A stretch of 64,000 nucleotides of DNA from an uncultured Phycisphaerales bacterium (GTDB taxonomy: Bacteria; Planctomycetota; B15-G4; CAYZWU01): assembly GCA_964633825.1 (NCBI GenBank), contig CAZWHE010000001.1, forward strand, positions 8,895-72,894, read 5' to 3'. The position numbers were made by a program, and so were the translations under genes. This document shows, piece after piece, positions 57,346 to 64,000 of this stretch (position 1 is its first letter; each line of letters begins with the position of its first letter). The notes below the pieces were generated by a model, which searched no databases, was not told the DNA's origin, and saw only the letters and a list, made by a program, of their open reading frames with translations.

Positions 57346-59850
57346 TCAAAGCAGGTTGTTCCTCTTACGGAGGATCCATTCTGCGGCAAAAAGAGCGACA
57401 AAGAGAAGGAGCGTCCACCAGGAGCTCCAGAGATCGCGGCGCTCCGGATCGCTGATACGCCGCACCCGCTCTTCATCGTTGAGAACATGAAGAAGGCCCG
57501 CGCTGTCGCAGAGATCGCGGTACGTCCCGCCCGAGATGCGGGACACGTCCTGTAGAAGCATTCGGTCGAGAACAGGATTTTCCGTCTCGAGACGGGGGAC
57601 GTTGACCGTGATCGACGTGAGAGCATGCCGGGCTTCAACTCCCCCCGCCTCACCCGGAATCCAGAGCTGGTAGACGCCCGGTTCCGACCGGACAATGGAG
57701 CGGCTGTATTCCCCTTCCCCGATCCTGTTGAGAAGAAGATCTTCCACAGCGTCTTCGGGATCCATGATCTTCACTGTCCGGACCGGATCGCGGCTGAGCC
57801 TGTAGTCAACGTCCCTCACCCGGGCCGTGACCTGGATGCGCTCGTTGATATCGTAAAGAGAGCGGTCCGTGTAGAGCTCGTACCGGTAATCCTTCCTCCT
57901 GAGCTTGTTCTGTGCGAGATACCGGACCATTCCCCTCCAGAATTTCTCCATGTATCTGTCCCCATAGGGGAAACGCCATCTCCATGTGGAGTCAACGGCG
58001 AGGAAGATCGTTCTCCCTGCGGGATGATACCGCGTCGCCAGGATGACGTGATTCCCGTGACGGTTTCCTCCAGCGGGGTGCCGCGCCAGAACCTCGGTCC
58101 CGGGCTTGGCCCTCTCCACGGGCAGATACCAGAGAAAACCGGGAAGCCCGTATTCTGGGTCTTCCCAGAGCCTCCTGTTTTTCGCCTTGTCCTTCTCGAG
58201 AAGCAGGATCTCGTGGGGATTCAGATAATTCTCCAGCTTCGGCCGGAAGAGACCGCCCTCATCGCCGGCCGGCCTCTGTTCTTCGATGTTTCCGATCACC
58301 ACGGGAAGAATATCGGCCACTGGCGTCTCTCTGTAGGACGAAGGGCTGTGCAGTTCCCCGGCCTGCATTAAAAAACCGCCGCCCGCTTCGACAAAATTCT
58401 TGAGCGCTTTCAGAATCGCCCGGGATTCCTCCCAGTTCTCTCCCAGAACAGTGGGGTCCACGTCTCCAAAGACGATCACGTGGTATTCCATCAGTTCCTT
58501 CAGATCTTTGGGCACGCGGACCAGGGGCGGCACATTCTCCGAAGATTCCTGGATGAAATCGAGATCAGCGGACTGAAGCACCACCTGGACCTCGAAATTT
58601 TCAGCGCGGAGAAGAATGTTTTTCAGGAACCGATACTCCCATCGGGGATATCCCTCGACGTAAAGCACGCGGATATGCGCCGACTCGATGCGGATCACGT
58701 GAGTGAGGACGTTGTCATCCTCGTCCTGCTCTCCGGGCAGGGGCGGGATCGAGAGGCGAAGCGTAAAATCGCCCTCGATCTCGGGTCTCCAGTAGAGCTG
58801 TTCCTGCTGCTCCCCGCCTCCTTCCTTCAGAATGAAATCCCTCGAGGCGAGAACATCGCCGGCACGCTCCCCGCCTTCTCTCAGGGTGAGAACCACGGGA
58901 CGTCCTTCGTATCCGCGGGACCGTATATTGACCCGGAAGGTGACCTCGTCGCCGGTGAGGGCTACCGTCGGAGCGTTCACGCCCGTAAGCTCAACGTTTC
59001 TGGGCTCCGAGGGATCACCCACTCCGACGGTGTGCACCGGAATCTGCCGGTTCGAGGCGAGGCGAGCCGCGTCGCGGGGGTCGCGCCCTCTGTTGGAACG
59101 CCCGTCCGAAACGAGGACAAGCGCAGAAAGATCACGCCCCCGGAAATCCTCCACCGCGCCGGCCAGGGCGTCTCCCAGCCGTGTGCTCTCCCCTTCCGCC
59201 CTTAAGCCATCGAGGCCGCCGATGCGGTTCAGGGAGGATCCGAATGCATAGATCCTGAGGTCGTAGCGTTCCTCGATCGTTCCAAGGATGTTCGTCTCCG
59301 GATTGGAAAAGATGCGCTCCACGAGCTCGCGCCTCGTGAACGATCCCACCAGGCCGGGCGAGGCGAGGCCGGCGGCTTCGGCCATCCGGCCGGCGGCTTC
59401 GGCTACCCTGCCGGCGGCTTCGGCCACCAGGCCGGCGGCTTCGGCCACCAGGCCGGCGGCTTCTTTCTTCGCCCCTTCTCCGGAAGGATCCGCCCTTTCC
59501 GCATAGGTATCGCGCTCGCGCATGCTGGCCGAGTCATCGAGTAGAAGCAGGGCCGTCGGTTTCTCCACGACGATACGGCTCTTCAGGAGAACGGGCCTGA
59601 AAAGAAAGAGCACGATCAGAACAAACAGGAGGCTTCTCAAAACAACGAGCACGGTTCTGACCGCGGGGCGCACCTCGGATTTTTCCTTCCTGTAAAGCCA
59701 AGCGGTGAAGAACACGATCGCCGGCAGGATGAGGAGGAAAAAGACCCACGGCTCGGGGCTGTCCTGAAAGCTGAAGGAAGTCTCGGTCCGGACATCTTCA
59801 GCAGTCTGAAGGAAGACAAAGGGGAGTGCTGCTGTAATAAAAACCGCCAT
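57346..59850 (-). CDS. Membrane-anchored vWA plus Ig-like plus class I glutamine-amidotransferase-like domain protein
   Basis: MIDAS DDSASM, SDGRSN; VLYVEGYPRWEYRFLKN; FVEAGGG; C-terminal TM EWILRKRNNLL; TAATG overlap. Confidence 0.85.
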   Translation of the reverse strand: MAVFITAALPFVFLQTAEDVRTETSFSFQDSPEPWVFFLLILPAIVFFTAWLYRKEKSEVRPAVRTVLVVLRSLLFVLIVLFLFRPVLLKSRIVVEKPTALLLLDDSASMRERDTYAERADPSGEGAKKEAAGLVAEAAGLVAEAAGRVAEAAGRMAEAAGLASPGLVGSFTRRELVERIFSNPETNILGTIEERYDLRIYAFGSSLNRIGGLDGLRAEGESTRLGDALAGAVEDFRGRDLSALVLVSDGRSNRGRDPRDAARLASNRQIPVHTVGVGDPSEPRNVELTGVNAPTVALTGDEVTFRVNIRSRGYEGRPVVLTLREGGERAGDVLASRDFILKEGGGEQQEQLYWRPEIEGDFTLRLSIPPLPGEQDEDDNVLTHVIRIESAHIRVLYVEGYPRWEYRFLKNILLRAENFEVQVVLQSADLDFIQESSENVPPLVRVPKDLKELMEYHVIVFGDVDPTVLGENWEESRAILKALKNFVEAGGGFLMQAGELHSPSSYRETPVADILPVVIGNIEEQRPAGDEGGLFRPKLENYLNPHEILLLEKDKAKNRRLWEDPEYGLPGFLWYLPVERAKPGTEVLARHPAGGNRHGNHVILATRYHPAGRTIFLAVDSTWRWRFPYGDRYMEKFWRGMVRYLAQNKLRRKDYRYELYTDRSLYDINERIQVTARVRDVDYRLSRDPVRTVKIMDPEDAVEDLLLNRIGEGEYSRSIVRSEPGVYQLWIPGEAGGVEARHALTSITVNVPRLETENPVLDRMLLQDVSRISGGTYRDLCDSAGLLHVLNDEERVRRISDPERRDLWSSWWTLLLFVALFAAEWILRKRNNLL
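59366..59463. repeat. In-frame 21-bp tandem repeat (AGLVAEA-like, about 4.5 copies) inside the vWA domain
   Basis: GGCCGGCGGCTTCGGCCACCA and variants. Confidence 0.88.
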
Positions 59851-62126
59851 TAGTTGTAGTCCCCGAACTTCCAGGACAGGAAAAGCTCGATCGCCACAAA
59901 CCCGAGCACGGCCCAGAGCAAGGTTTTCCAGAGATCTCCTCCCCCCCCGCCGTGGTTCTCCTCTTCATCGTCGGGCACCCCGTCGCTCCGGAGGATCTCC
60001 ACACCGGGGAAGAGGCCTTGCAGAACCGACGGGTCGGCCTTATTCAGGTCTCCTTCCATGGGATCGACGTTGGCGGTATAACAATCGCGGAGGCGCTTTC
60101 CGGACACGCTCGAATCGACGTTCAACGTGTATGCGCCGGGCCGGTCGAGAGGAAGGTGGCCCAGGGGAAGAAGATAGCGGCCGAACTCCTTTCTCTCCAC
60201 CGGTTCCGACACGGTGCGGACCTCGCCCCCGGGGCCGGCCAGCGCGATCCGATCGGGGAACTCCACTACGGACCGGATGATGGCGCCGCCCAGGCCGAGG
60301 TTATACCGGCCGGGATCATGGGCCGTCAGATAATGGAGGGTTTCGTGTATGAGAGGAAGAAAGGTTTTGGGGCTCTCGGGAATGAGCGTCCACGACGGAT
60401 CGGCCGAAGTGGTGAAAAGCATGACGCGCCCGCTCCCCACTGCGGACTCCACGATAGCGGGCCGGCGCTCACCAAGGGCGTCTGAGAACCAGGCCACGAT
60501 ATCGGCCCCCTCGGCGGTTTCGCCCGTCGCCATGAAACGGAAGACGGGAACATCGAGCAGCACTTTGAGCTTGGGATCGTCAAAAAGCCGGAGAACAGGA
60601 TGGTCGAACCCCGGTGCGGTCAGCCTGAAAAAAGACGCGGCGCCGTCCGATCCGTCCGTTCCAACAACATTGTCGAGCCGCGCAGGCAGAATCCTTACCG
60701 TTTCATCATCAAAGAGCCTGAAGTTCCAGGCGCCCGGATCGACTCTCTCTCCCATGAAGAGAACCAGCCTGCCGCCGCTCGACAGGTAGTCGAAAAGGGC
60801 GCCGGCCCCGGCGGCCGAAAGGCCTTCCACGTCGGCCAGAATCACGCAATCATAGAGACCGGGGCTTTCACGGCCGGCGTTGAATGATTTTGCATCCACC
60901 GTAACGGGGTTGAAGATCGTCCCCTTCTCCCCGCCGTCCGTCCCCCCCCCTATCCGGGCCGGGTTCAACATCATGCCGAGCAGGCCCGTTGCCGATTTAT
61001 AGGGATCATAATCGAACGTCCCGTCAACGAGGAGCACATCGATCGTGTCGCGGACCTGAAACGCAAAAAAACGCTCGTTATCGATGGGCAGGCCGTCCCG
61101 TTCCAGCCGGAAGGAGAGGATGTGAAACCCGCTTTCCCTGAAACTCGCCATCAACTCGACAGCAGTGCGCCCCTGCCCGCGCACGTTGAATATGCGTTTT
61201 TCGGCTGGTTTCCCGTCGAGCATAAAGGTTCCCGTCACCCCCTCCAGGTCTTCCTCGCCGTAGTTGCTGACCGTGACATCGAACATGGCGGGAGTGACCG
61301 TCGATATGTTCGGATCGAGGGAAGCGATCTGTGTCACAGAGAGGTTGGGGCGTGTTCCCTCGGCGTCGCTCACATCGACAAAACGGATCCGGGCGCCCCG
61401 TTCGATCGCTTTCGCGATAAGAGCGGACGTTCCGGCTTTGGGCCCGGCGGTGGGGACACCGAAAAGACGCGCCTGCATGTCGGTAAAGATATAAACCTCG
61501 ATCTCGCCCCCTGCTTTTTCAGTCACCTCTCCGGCAAGAAGCGCCGCCAGGGCCGGGAAATCAGCGGCACGGGGGGATGGTCCCTTGATGCCGTTCATCT
61601 TGACGAGGGCTTCGTCTGGGATCGAGTTGAGCGGAACGGGAAACTCGATAACCTCCCCCATGACGATCACCGATACGGTGTCCCCCCGGCTCCCGTCGAG
61701 ACGGCGAATCAGATCGATCGCTCCGGAGAGGGCGCGCTCGAAGCAGGTCTGGTTCGCATCGCCCGCGTCTTTGGCGGAGCCGGAGATGCCGAAATCGGAT
61801 TTGTATCCCATGCTGTATGAATTATCGAGGACGAGGACCACGTTCCGGCGCTCCTGCGAGATAGCGGCCAGTGCGCTTCCCGAGGTCGCGAAGGGCCGGG
61901 CCATGGCCATGGCAAGGAGAATCACAATGAGGCACCGCACCATAAGGAGAAGAATGTTCTCGAAACGGAGACGCCGCTTTCGTTTCTTGTACGCGGCAAG
62001 GAGAAAGCTCATGGCGGCCCAGGCTCTGACCGTATACCTCCGGCGGTTCAGGAGATGGATGAGAAGGGGAACGGTGAAGAGCAATCCCCCGAAAAGCATG
62101 GCCGGGCTGGCGAAATCGAAACCCAT
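59850..62126 (-). CDS. BatA-type N-terminal double-TM plus vWA domain protein
   Basis: Start set at the TGATG overlap (62126); PLLIHLLNRRR..WAAMSFL; MIDAS DNSYSM; CARDB-like and GATase-like segments; C-terminal TM. Confidence 0.87.
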   Translation of the reverse strand: MGFDFASPAMLFGGLLFTVPLLIHLLNRRRYTVRAWAAMSFLLAAYKKRKRRLRFENILLLMVRCLIVILLAMAMARPFATSGSALAAISQERRNVVLVLDNSYSMGYKSDFGISGSAKDAGDANQTCFERALSGAIDLIRRLDGSRGDTVSVIVMGEVIEFPVPLNSIPDEALVKMNGIKGPSPRAADFPALAALLAGEVTEKAGGEIEVYIFTDMQARLFGVPTAGPKAGTSALIAKAIERGARIRFVDVSDAEGTRPNLSVTQIASLDPNISTVTPAMFDVTVSNYGEEDLEGVTGTFMLDGKPAEKRIFNVRGQGRTAVELMASFRESGFHILSFRLERDGLPIDNERFFAFQVRDTIDVLLVDGTFDYDPYKSATGLLGMMLNPARIGGGTDGGEKGTIFNPVTVDAKSFNAGRESPGLYDCVILADVEGLSAAGAGALFDYLSSGGRLVLFMGERVDPGAWNFRLFDDETVRILPARLDNVVGTDGSDGAASFFRLTAPGFDHPVLRLFDDPKLKVLLDVPVFRFMATGETAEGADIVAWFSDALGERRPAIVESAVGSGRVMLFTTSADPSWTLIPESPKTFLPLIHETLHYLTAHDPGRYNLGLGGAIIRSVVEFPDRIALAGPGGEVRTVSEPVERKEFGRYLLPLGHLPLDRPGAYTLNVDSSVSGKRLRDCYTANVDPMEGDLNKADPSVLQGLFPGVEILRSDGVPDDEEENHGGGGGDLWKTLLWAVLGFVAIELFLSWKFGDYN

Positions 62127-63073
62127 CAGGTGCCCCGCTCCTTTCTTCCGCGGCCCGACAGGGGCTGCCTTCTGCCGAGCGATGACCCCGAGCGGGTGGC
62201 GAGAAAAGCGGTCAGGGCCACGCCGAGACTCCGGCTCGTGTCGAGAAGAACGTAGTCCACGTCCTGGCCGCGGCACCCTTTCCTGAGTCTCCCGGCATAT
62301 TCGTTGAAAACCTCCAGATAGGTCGCCCGGAGCGCCCGGGGATCGGCCGTCAGCCTGAGAAGGTCCTCCATCCCCTCGAAGCGGTACATCTTCTGAAAGG
62401 GAAAGTCGATCTCGTCGTGATCGAGAACGTGAAAGACGATCACGTCCTGTTTCTTCGTGCGGAGCTTCCTCAATCCCCGGAGGACTTCATCGGGATCGTC
62501 GAGGAGGTCGGAAATGAGAACAACCATTCCCCGCCGATTGACTCGGGAGGCGACATCGGCAAGCACCCGGCCGACGCCGGTCTTCTCCTCGGGCGACGCC
62601 TCTGAAAGGGCCTCCACGATGGCCATGAGATGGGCCGGATTATTGGTGGCCGGAAGAAAGGACCGAACCTCCCTGTCGAAGAGGGCCATCCCGGCAAAGT
62701 CCTGCTGTTTGAGGACGAGACAGGCCAGAGAGGCTGCGACCGTTGAGGCGTAGTCGAACTTGGACATGCGCCCCCCGCCCGAATATCGCATCGATCGGGA
62801 TGCATCCACGACCAGCGTGCAGGTGAGGCTCGTTTCTTCCTCGTACCGTTTGATGAAATAGCGGTCCGATCTCCCCAGGACCCTCCAGTCGAGGTGCCTG
62901 AGATCGTCGCCCGGAACGTACTCCCTGTGCTCGGTGAATTCCACGGACACCCCGTGGTAAGGCGAACGGTGCCTCCCGGACAGAAACCCTTCCACCACGA
63001 GCCGGGCGCGCAGTTCCAGGCGGGTGATCGTGTCGAGGACTTTAGGATCCAAGTACCTTAGGGAGCTTTTCAT
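62126..63073 (-). CDS. DUF58 (vWA-like) protein
   Basis: [39 protein letters not shown]. Confidence 0.92.
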   Translation of the reverse strand: MKSSLRYLDPKVLDTITRLELRARLVVEGFLSGRHRSPYHGVSVEFTEHREYVPGDDLRHLDWRVLGRSDRYFIKRYEEETSLTCTLVVDASRSMRYSGGGRMSKFDYASTVAASLACLVLKQQDFAGMALFDREVRSFLPATNNPAHLMAIVEALSEASPEEKTGVGRVLADVASRVNRRGMVVLISDLLDDPDEVLRGLRKLRTKKQDVIVFHVLDHDEIDFPFQKMYRFEGMEDLLRLTADPRALRATYLEVFNEYAGRLRKGCRGQDVDYVLLDTSRSLGVALTAFLATRSGSSLGRRQPLSGRGRKERGT

Positions 63074-64000
63074 CGGAGAGGGTCTCGCTTCTCGAGGCCG
63101 GCACGGTCTCGACGATCTTGTCGATGATCCCGTCGGTGGTGATTCCTTCGGCCTCGGCGGTAAAGGTTGTGATCAAACGGTGGCGCAGAACGGGATGGGC
63201 CATGGCTCGGATGTCCTCACCGGCCGCGGAAAGGCGGCCCCTGATCACGGCCCGGGCTTTGGCCCCCAGGATCAGGTACTGCGTGGCGCGCGGCCCAGCG
63301 CCCCAGGCGATGTTGTCCCGGATGAAATCGGGAGCTCCGTCACCCTTGAGGCGCGTGATCTTCACGATCTCCATGGCGTACCTGATCAGGTGCTCCGAAA
63401 TGGGAACGCGCCGCACCAGATCCTGAAGCTTATGGATTTCCTCTCCGGAAAGCACATGCCCGGGCTCCTCCTCCTCCCCAGCCGTTGTTTTGACCATGAT
63501 CTCGTACTCTTCGTCATCCGTGGGATAGTCGATCAGGATATTGAACATGAACCGGTCGAGCTGGGCCTCGGGAAGAGGATAAGTTCCCTCCTGTTCAATC
63601 GGGTTCTGCGTGGCGAGAACGAAGAAGGGCTTCTCGATGGGGTAACGCTTCCCGCCGCACGTCACCTGGTATTCCTGCATCGCTTCGAGCAACGCGGCCT
63701 GCGTCTTGGGCGGGGTCCTGTTGATCTCATCGGCGAGCACCATGTTGGCGAAAACCGGCCCGTGGACGAAGACGAGCTCCCTCTGGCCCGTGCTCCTGTT
63801 TTCCTGAATGATCTCCGTTCCCGTGATGTCCGACGGCATGAGGTCCGGCGTGAACTGGACCCTGTTGAAGGTGAGAGAGAGGGTTTTCGCCAGGGAGCTC
63901 ACCATGAGCGTCTTGGCCAGGCCGGGCACGCCCGTGATGATGCAGTGCCCGCGGCTGAAGAGGGCGACGAGAAGCTCTTCGACCACCTGTTCCTGGCCCA
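63042..64000 (-). CDS. MoxR-family AAA+ ATPase, 5' end outside the window
   Basis: [56 protein letters not shown]. Confidence 0.95.
   Translation of the reverse strand, partial: GQEQVVEELLVALFSRGHCIITGVPGLAKTLMVSSLAKTLSLTFNRVQFTPDLMPSDITGTEIIQENRSTGQRELVFVHGPVFANMVLADEINRTPPKTQAALLEAMQEYQVTCGGKRYPIEKPFFVLATQNPIEQEGTYPLPEAQLDRFMFNILIDYPTDDEEYEIMVKTTAGEEEEPGHVLSGEEIHKLQDLVRRVPISEHLIRYAMEIVKITRLKGDGAPDFIRDNIAWGAGPRATQYLILGAKARAVIRGRLSAAGEDIRAMAHPVLRHRLITTFTAEAEGITTDGIIDKIVETVPASRSETLSDEKLPKVLGS

Overview
GC-rich (about 60% by eye) chromosomal window, most likely from a Planctomycetota bacterium (inference from gene content: prenyltransferase-repeat proteins, BatA/vWA/MoxR/DUF58 block, PQQ-type propeller, Hanks kinases, FHA-sigma54 activator). 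Almost all genes are on the minus strand. Housekeeping genes: fusA (standalone), tRNA-Gln(CTG), speB, nusA-infB-DUF503-rbfA, thiS-thiG. Accessory blocks: (i) two ABC-2 exporter loci; (ii) 14.0-27.0 kb, a co-oriented run downstream of rbfA with a kinase-STAND-TPR protein, a catalytically degenerate M1-peptidase-like protein, an FHA-GAF-sigma54 activator, a Zn-ribbon/kinase/RDD protein, two small Zn-finger membrane proteins sharing a motif with the kinase, and a membrane-anchored PspA/ESCRT-III-like coiled coil plus partner. This is the best candidate for an undescribed system. (iii) 38.7-64.0 kb, a translationally coupled MoxR-DUF58-vWA-propeller-prenyltransferase-repeat-coiled-coil supercluster interrupted by a tandem pair of gingipain-like C25 proteases. 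Non-coding highlights: a 209-bp inverted-repeat element that can occlude the speB ribosome-binding site, a terminator inside the nusA leader, and in-frame 15-21 bp microduplications in many unrelated genes. No CRISPR array, integrase or transposase was seen. Domain names come from motif recognition, not from database searches.
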